Shown piece after piece: positions 29,515-39,270 of a stretch of DNA of 64,000 bases. The stretch lies in the IMG/VR virus record IMGVR_UViG_3300040960_001746; one strand, written 5' to 3'. The first letter of the stretch is position 1, and each line of letters starts with the position of its first letter. This DNA comes from a virus. The notes below the pieces were generated by a model, which saw nothing but the letters and a program-made list of their open reading frames with translations, made no database searches and had not been told where the DNA came from. A program made the translations under genes and the position numbers.

Positions 29515-32433
29515 GAATTCATCCTCTATTCCATAATCCTCAAACATATAAGTAGGAGACACACCGATACTATTCCAGAATTCTAACTCTTCATCAGTAA
29601 TAGTTAATAATTCATCTAACTTATCTTGATCCCCTTCTTTAAATGGTTGTCCAGATGTCAATTCTAATTCTTGTCGTGTATAGTATTTTCTATCAGAAGG
29701 ATTAGAAACTAAAATATCATCTCTTAATGAAGGATCGAAACAAACTAATAATGGTTTAACCCTTTTATTAAATGCATCTAAGTATCTATCTATATTGTAT
29801 TCTCCTGTTGCGTCTGGATTATTTTCTATTACACTATTAGGTATTAACTTACAATTAAGTGCAACTACAGACTCCCCTAAAGATTGTCTATATGCCATAT
29901 CTGTTGGTATACCCGTATTCGCCTCTTTATTTTTTGAATCTTTACGAACCCAATTATCATCTGACCAAGACATTTCCCACCCATTCTTAAGTAAGAATCT
30001 CTTTTTCTCTTCGTAGTCATCATTTTCAGAAAAATACATTTGTATTTGGTTATCATTCCACCCCTTTTTAGGTTTGTTGATTTTTTGTACATCACCATGT
30101 GATTTCTTTGTACCTGTATTTACATAATATATTGTATCACCTAAATCTACATTTAACCCCTCACTAATAATAAGTTCCATATGGGCTTGTTTCGCCATTG
30201 CACCTCCAGATTTATTAGTAGTCTTCATTTTCTTTTTATAATCTTCTACACTGATTCTAACTCTGGCTTTATTTGCAATCTTTGATAAAGGTATTTCTTG
30301 ATTATAAATCATTTCTACAGTTTCATAGTATTCATTTACAAAACCATACCCATCACCATCTAATAGTAATCTAATACCATTATCGATAAATTCTGCGATG
30401 TATGTAGGCATCTTCTTAGATTTAATAGAGTTACCTACTAACTTAACTTTACCATCTATTAAGTCTGCGTAATTCTTTCTTGCGATGTTTATTGTTGCCT
30501 GACAAATTTCATCTACATCTAATCCCATAACACCCTTCATATATTTGTCATTGTATTCAGCAACAACTGCATCCATACCTTTATATGTTTTACCTAACTT
30601 ATTAAATCTGTGATTACCATTAGAAGTATAGACATATTTATCTACATCTTTAGGTACTGAGAAGTTGAATCCATCGGTATCACCTACTAATGGTTTAAAT
30701 CCTTTAGAATTAAAGAATCTAATCATATGTCTAAGGTATTGTCTACCAGTACAAGTGATTTTCTCACCCATATCTGTATCACCCCAAGGAAATACATTAG
30801 GTGCGGATATTGATCCGAACATACCATTGTTAAGAATCTTTAATGGTAATTGTTTTTTATCATAATACGCAGATTTTTCATAATCACCTTTTTCCGCATA
30901 ATCATTTTTAAGTTCTTTATATTTGTTACGATAGTCGTAGTTGTATTGTAATAGTCCTCTCATTGCACCCATAACATCACAATCTGTAAATACATCGTGT
31001 GTTAATTGTATTGAAGGGTATAGAGACGCAAAGTCAAACTTAACTACGTTCTGACTATAACCCACCTCTAATAAACGAGACAAACCACCAATAAATCTTC
31101 TATTATCTAATGTATGTGGTATTGCAATACCATTTCTATAGTACCAACCTAACATCAGTAATTTCCAAGTTGCTGCAGTACCCATAGTGGAAGATCTCAT
31201 AAATGATGTAGGTAATACCTTAGATAAAAGATATGTAGCCTGATTAAAGATATCATCTACCTTTTCAGTTTCCCATAAATCGTCTATTAAGTATCTTTCT
31301 ATAATATCACACCCTTTAAGTTTAGTAGTACCTTTAGGTAAGATATTATCTTTTATTACACCCCATTCACCATTTTCTTCATTTAACCAGTAATCGTTTT
31401 CTTTATCTGCGTATGTCTTACCGATTTTATCGCCTTGTACATATACACGATTAGGTTTGGCGGCGTTAGAATATTTTGTAATGTATTTAAGTCCCGCCTG
31501 TTTTATAGACGAATTGATTGCCTGTGCTCTACGAACTGCGTGATATACATCCATAATGTTATATCCCCACATATGAGTTTGTTCATAGTATTCCATCTCA
31601 GGACCCATCTTAAGAGTTTGTTTCTTTCTATAAAATGGTATCGGACCTAATGTCTTCGCAATCTTTTCTATATTAATACCTAACTTCTGACATCTAACAA
31701 CAAAGAAATACCAGTCAAAGTTCTCAGAATTATATCCCGATATAATTGATGGTTTTAAGTGATTGATAATTTTAAAGAATGTAACTATCGCCTCAGATTC
31801 TCTAGCGTCTAAGTCATCATCATTATCCCCATCGATTGAAAGTACGTGTTGGAATCCTCTGTTGTCTTTAACACCTATCTGAAATATTCTACATACGTGT
31901 GGGTCTAAACCTGTTGTCTCTAAGTCAAATGAAAGTCTATGAACTTCATTATATTCTTCCATACCTTTAAACAATCTTTTACCTGTTTGGATTAAAAATT
32001 GTTCTGTAGGACTTATCGCTAAGAAATTATTTCTGTGTTCTTCATCATAAACACCCATACCCCCCTCTTTAAAGAAGTTAAGTAAGTCACCATATGTACC
32101 TCTACATTGTACTAAGAACTTATAACCATTTTCTAAACGAGAAACATTTTCTCCATTTTCATCTTCAGTAGATAAAGGAATAAATTTAATTTTATATTCC
32201 CTCATTTTACTTTTTAATGTTCTTCTATCACCACCATAAAATATAGTCATATCGGGTGACTTCATCCATAGAAATGGTTTAAGTTTATGTTTTTCGATAG
32301 ACTTACCATTTTCAGGATCGTGAACTATTAAATGAATCTTGTTGTCTCTGTAAGAAGACTCAATCCCCACAATATATTTTTGTTCATCATATCCTTCTAA
32401 ATAGTCTCTAATTTCTTCTACGGATGCAGGCAT
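29476..32433 (-). CDS. DNA polymerase, family B
   Basis: ExoI FDLET, ExoII GYNSENFDW, ExoIII YL.DD; DFASLYPS; K.L.N..FG; GDTDG; KNYA. Start set at ATG 32433 (MPASVEE). Confidence 0.95.
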   Translation of the reverse strand: MPASVEEIRDYLEGYDEQKYIVGIESSYRDNKIHLIVHDPENGKSIEKHKLKPFLWMKSPDMTIFYGGDRRTLKSKMREYKIKFIPLSTEDENGENVSRLENGYKFLVQCRGTYGDLLNFFKEGGMGVYDEEHRNNFLAISPTEQFLIQTGKRLFKGMEEYNEVHRLSFDLETTGLDPHVCRIFQIGVKDNRGFQHVLSIDGDNDDDLDARESEAIVTFFKIINHLKPSIISGYNSENFDWYFFVVRCQKLGINIEKIAKTLGPIPFYRKKQTLKMGPEMEYYEQTHMWGYNIMDVYHAVRRAQAINSSIKQAGLKYITKYSNAAKPNRVYVQGDKIGKTYADKENDYWLNEENGEWGVIKDNILPKGTTKLKGCDIIERYLIDDLWETEKVDDIFNQATYLLSKVLPTSFMRSSTMGTAATWKLLMLGWYYRNGIAIPHTLDNRRFIGGLSRLLEVGYSQNVVKFDFASLYPSIQLTHDVFTDCDVMGAMRGLLQYNYDYRNKYKELKNDYAEKGDYEKSAYYDKKQLPLKILNNGMFGSISAPNVFPWGDTDMGEKITCTGRQYLRHMIRFFNSKGFKPLVGDTDGFNFSVPKDVDKYVYTSNGNHRFNKLGKTYKGMDAVVAEYNDKYMKGVMGLDVDEICQATINIARKNYADLIDGKVKLVGNSIKSKKMPTYIAEFIDNGIRLLLDGDGYGFVNEYYETVEMIYNQEIPLSKIANKARVRISVEDYKKKMKTTNKSGGAMAKQAHMELIISEGLNVDLGDTIYYVNTGTKKSHGDVQKINKPKKGWNDNQIQMYFSENDDYEEKKRFLLKNGWEMSWSDDNWVRKDSKNKEANTGIPTDMAYRQSLGESVVALNCKLIPNSVIENNPDATGEYNIDRYLDAFNKRVKPLLVCFDPSLRDDILVSNPSDRKYYTRQELELTSGQPFKEGDQDKLDELLTITDEELEFWNSIGVSPTYMFEDYGIEDEFSYDIKTQRTVVQ

Positions 32434-32460
32434 AATTATTCTGTTATTGTATTTTGTATA

Positions 32461-32491
32461 CAAATATAATAAAAATATTCTGTTTTATCAA
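32461..32491 (-). promoter_or_regulatory. Bacteroidota-type housekeeping promoter for DNA polymerase
   Basis: TATATTTG (TAnnTTTG) at 32468-32461 with TTG about 20 nt upstream. Confidence 0.55.
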
Positions 32492-32856
32492 TTATTTAGG
32501 ACATTAATATAAAGTTCATCTCTAATTGGTGCAATTAGAGTACCTGTCCCATCTAAAAACGTTATGGTAAAATAACCATTATATCTACCTACTCTACTAG
32601 TTTGTAGTTCTGTAAATTGGTAAGATATTATATATGTTGGTGTTTCTGTATTTTCGCAGTTATTAGAAATTATCATCTCTAAATTCGCCGCGGAACATGC
32701 AATTCTTTTAACTTTTGTGTCTACATCATACATAGTAAAAGTTATAGTAGCATTTTGTATTTTTTCGTAAAAATTACGAAAATCATTTCTACCATCATTG
32801 ACTAATTCCATTTTTAACTTTGGTAATGTACTATTTTTGTTTATAAAAAATTCCAT
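32488..32856 (-). CDS. BppU-N-like virion structural protein
   Basis: F.I.KN.TLP.L..EL; A.ITF.M; Y.F...T...G.Y.G.F.I.F. Confidence 0.55.
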   Translation of the reverse strand: MEFFINKNSTLPKLKMELVNDGRNDFRNFYEKIQNATITFTMYDVDTKVKRIACSAANLEMIISNNCENTETPTYIISYQFTELQTSRVGRYNGYFTITFLDGTGTLIAPIRDELYINVLNN

Positions 32857-32922
32857 GTGTATTTTATTTATAAATATATTAAAATATTAAATATTTCTCA
32901 GACTTATTTAATATTTATAGAT

Positions 32923-33486
32923 ATGTCCGATAAACTAAAAGAATTAGAAATTAAAAAATTATTTAAGGAATATGATTTTCTCCTTGTAGAAGATGATTAT
33001 AAAAAAGAATTGATTGATATCAATAAAGGTGAATTTTTGAAAAAAATTAATGAAAAGAGAAATGAATTAGGGATACCACCTAAAATTGATTCCCCATTAA
33101 CTAAAGAAGAAAAAGAAGTTAAAAAAGAAGAAAAAAAAATAGAGGTTAATCGTGAAACTAAGAAAAAAATAAAGGACTTATATAGGAAAATAGTAAAAAT
33201 CACACACCCTGATAAAACCAACTCTGAGAAATTAGTTAATCTTTATATTAAAGCAAAAAAATATTATGAACAAAATAATTTATTAGAGTTGTATATGATA
33301 TGTATTGATTTAAATATTATTATAGATTTAAGTGATTTTAAAATGGAAGAATTAATAAAATCAGTAGAGAAAAAAAGGGTGGAGTTAGAAAATATAGAAA
33401 GTTCCTATTTATGGTTATGGGTACATTCGAATACTGAAGAAGAAAAAGAAAAAATAATAAATTTATTTATTGAACAAAATAGTTGA
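32923..33486 (+). CDS. J-domain (DnaJ-like) protein
   Basis: KIKDLYRKIVKITHPDK...LY..AKKYY. Start MSDKLKELE lies 4 nt after ATATTTAT (32911-32918). Confidence 0.75.
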   Translation: MSDKLKELEIKKLFKEYDFLLVEDDYKKELIDINKGEFLKKINEKRNELGIPPKIDSPLTKEEKEVKKEEKKIEVNRETKKKIKDLYRKIVKITHPDKTNSEKLVNLYIKAKKYYEQNNLLELYMICIDLNIIIDLSDFKMEELIKSVEKKRVELENIESSYLWLWVHSNTEEEKEKIINLFIEQNS

Positions 33487-33487
33487 T

Positions 33488-34633
33488 ATGAAAAAAATAG
33501 GTATTACTTTAAATATAATTAATAGTTTATTCTCCAACGGGATAAACCAAAACGGAGTTTTTCTGTCAAGACTATTAAAAAAGTGTGGTTATGATGTAGA
33601 TATAATTTGTGGCAATGAGAGTACATTAGATAAAACTTCTTTGTTTGAAGACGATATCAATTTGATTACCTTAAAAAATTCTTATGATAATAAGTATGAT
33701 TTATTAATACAACTAGGATTTACTATAGAGAAACGTTTTTTTGAAAAATGGAAAGAGAAAAATCCTGAATTAAAAATGGTTGCATATGAATGTGGTAATA
33801 AGTTAATTGTTAATATGGAAAGAATATTATTTAATGGTGAAGATACTTCTAAAAACTTTCAAGATAGGGAGAATGATCAAATACCTGATCAGGTATGGTA
33901 TGTACCACAACAAGAAAACACAAACCATAACTTTTTCCAATATTATAGTAAACAAGAAAAAGTTACGGTTGTACCTTTTGTTTGGGAACCTTTTCTAGTA
34001 GAAAAATTGTTTTCAGTTTCAGAAAAAAATGTTTACGAACCAAAAGAAATACGTAATTGTGGTGTTATGGAACCTAATATGTCTGTTATGAAAAACTCAT
34101 TTTACCCTACCATCATTTTAGAGAAAAACCAAAAGACAAATCCTTTAGATCATATTTATCTTTTTGGTACCGATAAAGTCAAAGACAAAAAACCTTTCAT
34201 AGACTTCATTCTTTCAACAGAACTCTATAAAGATAAAAGATTGAGTGTGGAGAGTAGGTATAAGGTATCTAAAGTTTTAACAGAACACGCAGATTTTGTT
34301 CTTAGTTGGCAGTGGGAAAATAATTTAAATTATTTATGGTTAGAAATCGCTTGGATGGGTTACCCTATTGTTCACAATGGTTCTTTATGTAAAGACGTAG
34401 GTTACTATTACGATGGATTTGATGCGGACATGGCAGTCAAAAAAATAGGTGAGGTAATTTCTAAACATAATGAAAATCACAAAATATATTTAGATAAAAA
34501 CAGAGAGATAATAAAAAGATACACTAGTGAAAATGATGTTTTAGTAAAACAATACACAGAATTAATAAATAATGTTTTAGAAAATAGATTTGAAAGGAAA
34601 TCTTATAACTGGAAAGAAAATAAAATATATTAA
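33488..34633 (+). CDS. DUF2827-family putative glycosyltransferase
   Basis: IGIT...SLFSNGINQN; WYVPQ; VPFVW; MEPN.SVMK; SWQWENNLNYL; YPIVHN. Confidence 0.75.
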   Translation: MKKIGITLNIINSLFSNGINQNGVFLSRLLKKCGYDVDIICGNESTLDKTSLFEDDINLITLKNSYDNKYDLLIQLGFTIEKRFFEKWKEKNPELKMVAYECGNKLIVNMERILFNGEDTSKNFQDRENDQIPDQVWYVPQQENTNHNFFQYYSKQEKVTVVPFVWEPFLVEKLFSVSEKNVYEPKEIRNCGVMEPNMSVMKNSFYPTIILEKNQKTNPLDHIYLFGTDKVKDKKPFIDFILSTELYKDKRLSVESRYKVSKVLTEHADFVLSWQWENNLNYLWLEIAWMGYPIVHNGSLCKDVGYYYDGFDADMAVKKIGEVISKHNENHKIYLDKNREIIKRYTSENDVLVKQYTELINNVLENRFERKSYNWKENKIY

Positions 34634-34635
34634 AA

Positions 34636-35823
34636 ATGGAAAATTTAAAAATAGGTATAACATTAGCATTATCATCTAATAATGAGTCTATATGGACAAA
34701 TGGGATTAAACAGAATGTATTAATGTTAGCACATTTATTGAAAAATTCTGATAAAAATTATGAAGTATGTATTTTAAATATATTTGATGTCGATTTTACT
34801 GAAAAACCATCTTACTTAAAAGATTTAGATATACACTTCTTCAATGACAAATTTATGGAAATGGATTTGATTATTTTAATGGGTGCACAAGTTCAGGAGT
34901 CACAGTTAAAAAAGTTTAGAGAAAATGATGACAAAAAAGTAGTATCTTATAAATGTGGTAACAATTATGTTATTGCTATGGAAGAAATCATATTTAAAGG
35001 TAGTGAAGATGGTGGTGTTTATGAGCAAGAAATAGATGAGTTGTGGTATATTCCACAACAAGATGAAGTAAACAAAGGATTTTACCCTATTCTTCATAAA
35101 ACTAATTCAATAATAGTTCCTTTTATTTGGCATCAAAAATTTATACAAGAAAGTATTGTTAATATCCATAATGGTTTTATAAAAGGTAGTTATAAAAAAG
35201 ATTGGATGTATGATAACAAAAAGGAGAAAAAAATTATTGGTGTTATGGAACCAAACATCAACATAGTTAAATTTGGTTTATTACCTGCGATGTTAGTTGA
35301 AGAGTGTTATAGGGGTGAGGTTGGTAAAAAATATATAGAGGACTTAAGAATAACTAATACTCAAAAAATAAAAGATAATAAAAAATTTATTTCGTTTATA
35401 AAAACATTTGATTTATTTAAAGATAAAAAATTATCCGCAGAAAGTAGGTACCAAACGGCATTTATTTTAACTCAGTACTTAGACGTGGTTGTTTCACACC
35501 AAATATTAAACCCACTTAATTATCTTTATTTAGATGTTGCCTATATGGGATATCCGATACTACATAATGCTGAATTATGTAAAGATTTAGGTTATTATTA
35601 TGAGGGATCAGATTTACTTAAAGGCTCTAAAGTTTTAGAGGACATATTATTAAATCATGATAAAAATATTAATGAATATAATGAAAGAAATAACATAGTT
35701 TTAAATAGATATCATGCCGATAATAAAGAATTGATTAGTAATTATGATATGTTAATTAAAAATCTATGGGAAAAAGGTAATAACCATTTAATATATAACC
35801 CCAAAACGAATTTATTACAATAG
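34636..35823 (+). CDS. DUF2827-family putative glycosyltransferase (paralog)
   Basis: KIGIT....ESIWTNGIKQN; WYIPQ; VPFIW; MEPNINIVK; SHQILNPLNYLY; YPILHN. Confidence 0.78.
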   Translation: MENLKIGITLALSSNNESIWTNGIKQNVLMLAHLLKNSDKNYEVCILNIFDVDFTEKPSYLKDLDIHFFNDKFMEMDLIILMGAQVQESQLKKFRENDDKKVVSYKCGNNYVIAMEEIIFKGSEDGGVYEQEIDELWYIPQQDEVNKGFYPILHKTNSIIVPFIWHQKFIQESIVNIHNGFIKGSYKKDWMYDNKKEKKIIGVMEPNINIVKFGLLPAMLVEECYRGEVGKKYIEDLRITNTQKIKDNKKFISFIKTFDLFKDKKLSAESRYQTAFILTQYLDVVVSHQILNPLNYLYLDVAYMGYPILHNAELCKDLGYYYEGSDLLKGSKVLEDILLNHDKNINEYNERNNIVLNRYHADNKELISNYDMLIKNLWEKGNNHLIYNPKTNLLQ

Positions 35824-35839
35824 TAATAAATTATCGAAA

Positions 35840-35872
35840 AAGGGAAAGGGGGTCATTTACCCCCTTTCTTTG
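35840..35872. terminator. Bidirectional intrinsic terminator between convergent genes
   Basis: gaaagggggt-cattt-accccctttc with A- and T-rich flanks. Confidence 0.85.
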
Positions 35873-35917
35873 TTATCACAATAAAGTGATTAAACAGTAG
35901 TACTAACTAACTCTATC

Positions 35918-37996
35918 TTAGAAAGATGGATTAGTTACTGTACCGTCAACACCATAGAACTCAACTCTACTACCATTTGCTGGTCTTCGAACAAAAGTGT
36001 AGGTTCCGTTTGAGTGACTATAATCTTCACCTTCTCTTTGTTTTAGACCATTAAGGAATAACATGTGTGTACCATAAAGTACGTCAGAGTCAAATTCTTT
36101 GTTAGTTCCGTCTGCAGTGTAGAATTCCATCTCACCTGGCATAACATTACCAACATAAGTAACAATCTGATTGTCTTGACTATTAAGTGCAGTAAGAACT
36201 TCACTGAATGAATCAATAGAAGTTACATCAGTATTAGAGATGATGTCATCAACTCTACTATCTAAAGATGCGTCACCAGCTAATCTAGCGGATTCTTCTG
36301 TACTTAATCTAGTCTCTAATGAAGTATCTGCTGCAGCTCTAGCACTTTCTTCATCAGATACTCGAGAATCAATAGAAGTTACATCTCCATTAGTTGCTAA
36401 AATTTCCGCTGCTAATGCATTAGATAATACAGTGTCAACTGAATCCCTAGCACGTTCTTCCTCAGATATTCTTGTAGTCAATGAAGCGTTACTTCCTTGT
36501 GATCTACTTTCTTCTGCAGATATCCTACTATCAATAGATTCGTTAGCAGTATTGATATCTGTAGAGATTTTAGTTGCTAATGAAGCATCACCCGCAATTC
36601 TATCACTTTCTTCAGTAAATACTCGTGTATCGATAGAAGTTACGTCTGCGTTAGTTGCTGAGATTTCTGCGTTTAAGTTAAGAACTACAGATGCTACATC
36701 GTTATCATTTTCAGCATCAACTGCATTAATTAAAGATACGATTTCTGCAAATGAATCTTTATCTGCATCAGAAGCCAATAAAATCGCATCGATTTTATCT
36801 TCTTCTGTACTTAATCTAGTCTCTAATGAACTATCTGCCGCAGTTCTAGCACTTTCTTCAGTAGATACTCGTGTATCGATAGAAGTTACATCTGTATTAG
36901 TTGCTAAAATTTCCGCAGCTAATGCATTAGATAATACAGTGTCAACTGAAGCTCTAACAGATTCTTCTGCATCAACTCGTGTATCGATAGAAGTTACATC
37001 TCCATTAGTTGCTAAAATTTCCGCTGCTAATGCATTAGATAATACAGTGTCAACTGAAGCTCTAGCACTTTCTTCAGTAGATAAATCACCCTCAACCGTA
37101 GACACACGAGAATCAATAGATGTGTTAGCAGTATTGATATCTGTAGAGATTTTAGTTGCTAATGAAGCATCACCCGCAATTCTAGCACTTTCTTCAGTAG
37201 ATAAATCACCCTCAACACCAGACACTCTAGTATCGATAGAAGTTACGTCACCCTCTAAATTAGTGATATCTGCATCAGTTGCTGCGATTTCCACAGACAA
37301 AGCGTCAGATAATACTGCATCCGCTGAAGCTCTTGCCACTAATTCAGTAGATAACGCAGCATCATTTGATGTTTCATAATCCGATAAATCACCTTCAACA
37401 CCAGATACTCTAGTATCGATAGAATTTACGTCTGAGTTAGTTGCTGAGATTTCTGCGTTTAGGTTTGAGATTACATTCGCAACATCGTTATCATTTTCAG
37501 TATCTACTGCGTTAATTAAAGATACGATTTCTGCAAATGAATCTTTATCTGCATCAGCAGAGTCTAAGATAGCGTCAATTCTGTCTTTCTCAGTATTGAT
37601 TTTAGAGTTCAATGAACTATCTGCTGCAGCTCTAGCATCTTCTTCTTCACCAACTCGTGTATTGATAGAAGTTACGTCTGAGTTAGTTGCAGAAATTTCT
37701 GCAGCCAACCCATCCTCAACATCGTTCACACGTGTATTGATAGATGTGTTAGCAGTATTGATGTCTGTAGAGATTTTAGTCTCTAATGATTCATCACCCG
37801 CAATTCTAGCACTTTCTTCAGTACTGATGTCTGTAGCGATTTTAGTTTCTAATGAATCGTCTGCACTTGTTAATACCGATAAATCTGCAACCAATTCAGA
37901 AATATCAGATTTTGTTAAGCCTTCTGGATTTGTTATTAATGCGTTATCTAAAATCAAATCCGACTGATCATTTAATACTATTTTAGTATTTGCCAT
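35918..37996 (-). CDS. Long repetitive coiled-coil fibre protein with C-terminal beta domain
   Basis: STEESAR.A.D.SL repeats; IDAIL..ADADKDSFAEIVSLINAVD knobs; C-terminal DGTNKEF...LFLNGLKQ..G.DY. Confidence 0.75.
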   Translation of the reverse strand: MANTKIVLNDQSDLILDNALITNPEGLTKSDISELVADLSVLTSADDSLETKIATDISTEESARIAGDESLETKISTDINTANTSINTRVNDVEDGLAAEISATNSDVTSINTRVGEEEDARAAADSSLNSKINTEKDRIDAILDSADADKDSFAEIVSLINAVDTENDNDVANVISNLNAEISATNSDVNSIDTRVSGVEGDLSDYETSNDAALSTELVARASADAVLSDALSVEIAATDADITNLEGDVTSIDTRVSGVEGDLSTEESARIAGDASLATKISTDINTANTSIDSRVSTVEGDLSTEESARASVDTVLSNALAAEILATNGDVTSIDTRVDAEESVRASVDTVLSNALAAEILATNTDVTSIDTRVSTEESARTAADSSLETRLSTEEDKIDAILLASDADKDSFAEIVSLINAVDAENDNDVASVVLNLNAEISATNADVTSIDTRVFTEESDRIAGDASLATKISTDINTANESIDSRISAEESRSQGSNASLTTRISEEERARDSVDTVLSNALAAEILATNGDVTSIDSRVSDEESARAAADTSLETRLSTEESARLAGDASLDSRVDDIISNTDVTSIDSFSEVLTALNSQDNQIVTYVGNVMPGEMEFYTADGTNKEFDSDVLYGTHMLFLNGLKQREGEDYSHSNGTYTFVRRPANGSRVEFYGVDGTVTNPSF
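36372..37058. repeat. Nucleotide-level repeats within fibre gene
   Basis: 72-bp block identical at 36372-36443 and 36987-37058, near-identical at 36879-36950. Confidence 0.9.
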
Positions 37997-38219
37997 AATT
38001 ATTATGTTTTAAGTTTATTATTATGCTTTTTCGCATCAAAAAATCAAACATAGACTTTTTGTTTGGGTTATAAATAGAAATATAAATAAGGTAATTAAAG
38101 ATACCAAGAAATGGTATTCTTTTTTAATATAAATAGTTAATATAAATAGTTAATTTTAATATACATAAAGTAAACCTAAAAAGGTTACTTAAATATAAAT
38201 ATGTAGTTTTTTATGAAAG

Positions 38220-38447
38220 TTATAAATTATATAATAAATTTTTTAAATTCTTTATAGAATTTGTATATAATAAGGGATCACAAGACGCCGATTCGGTTAA
38301 ATACTGTGTAACCAAATTATCTAATTCAGTGTCTTTATCAAACTCAAAGATAACTTTATTTTTATTTTTGGATATTGAAATTTTATGACCTTTTAGTTTT
38401 AAAAAAGATGCTAAATATAAATCAGATGTTGTGTATTTTGTGTTCAT
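38220..38447 (-). CDS. DUF5659-like small protein
   Basis: Y.TSDLYLASFL...G; V.F.F; DP..Y...IKNLK. Confidence 0.65.
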   Translation of the reverse strand: MNTKYTTSDLYLASFLKLKGHKISISKNKNKVIFEFDKDTELDNLVTQYLTESASCDPLLYTNSIKNLKNLLYNL

Positions 38448-38499
38448 TATTTTTTTTTTAAATAAATATCTAAATTTTATAATAAAAACTATTTTTTTT

Positions 38500-39258
38500 T
38501 TAAAATCTATAAGTACAAAGTAATCTACTATTTTTTGGTGGTGGGTATTGGAATGTTATTTCATTCCCATTAATAGTATAATCATCGTCTATACTCATTA
38601 ATAACCCATTTAAATAAAGATGTTCAGAATTATTTTTTGGTGCATTTTCTAAAATAAAAAAAGTGTTACTCCCATCAATAACACCTATTGGTTTTTCCGA
38701 GTCTGAAAATTTTGACTGATTTAAATTATCTAAAATTAATTGATATCTATAACTACAATTAATTTTAGAACCTGTTTTTGGGGCTTGATTAAAAATTATA
38801 GTATCACCACTTAGATTATAATCAAAGTCATCACCAATAGATTGTAACAAACCATTTAAATATAGATGTTGAGTATTCTCTAATGGTTCATTGGTTAACT
38901 TAAAGATTTTATTATACCCATCAATGATACCTGTTGGTAATTCATGATCGGAAAATCTTATTTCTGTGTTTATATTCGAATTATTACTAAAACCAATGAA
39001 CTCCTCCCAATCAGTTAAATCAAAAGACCAAGAATTTAAATTTTTTAATTTATAATAAGTCTCACCCCCATTAACCCCAACGATCATCCCCGGTCTCCTT
39101 CTTTCGGTTGGGATTGTGTGTAGTTCTTCTATTTTACCTACATTTCTTAAACCATCTATACCATAAATTGGATCAATTACGGCATATGTATCTCTAGTAT
39201 CCATGGGACTTAAAAATCCCATTATTCCTACACCACCAGACTTATTAAATTCACTCAT
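38500..39258 (-). CDS. Virion protein with two G.IDG.N..F.L / LYLNGLL..G.DY beta domains
   Basis: Duplicated domain of the same type as the fibre C-terminus; N-terminal IP.ERR..GM.V module. Confidence 0.6.
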   Translation of the reverse strand: MSEFNKSGGVGIMGFLSPMDTRDTYAVIDPIYGIDGLRNVGKIEELHTIPTERRRPGMIVGVNGGETYYKLKNLNSWSFDLTDWEEFIGFSNNSNINTEIRFSDHELPTGIIDGYNKIFKLTNEPLENTQHLYLNGLLQSIGDDFDYNLSGDTIIFNQAPKTGSKINCSYRYQLILDNLNQSKFSDSEKPIGVIDGSNTFFILENAPKNNSEHLYLNGLLMSIDDDYTINGNEITFQYPPPKNSRLLCTYRF

Positions 39259-39270
39259 TAATAAACAATT

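Noticed and set aside
36240-37967. Long plus-strand ORFs (379 aa and 123 aa) opposite the fibre gene
   Set aside because: Antisense shadows of a repetitive gene with biased codon use; no promoter motif or protein features.
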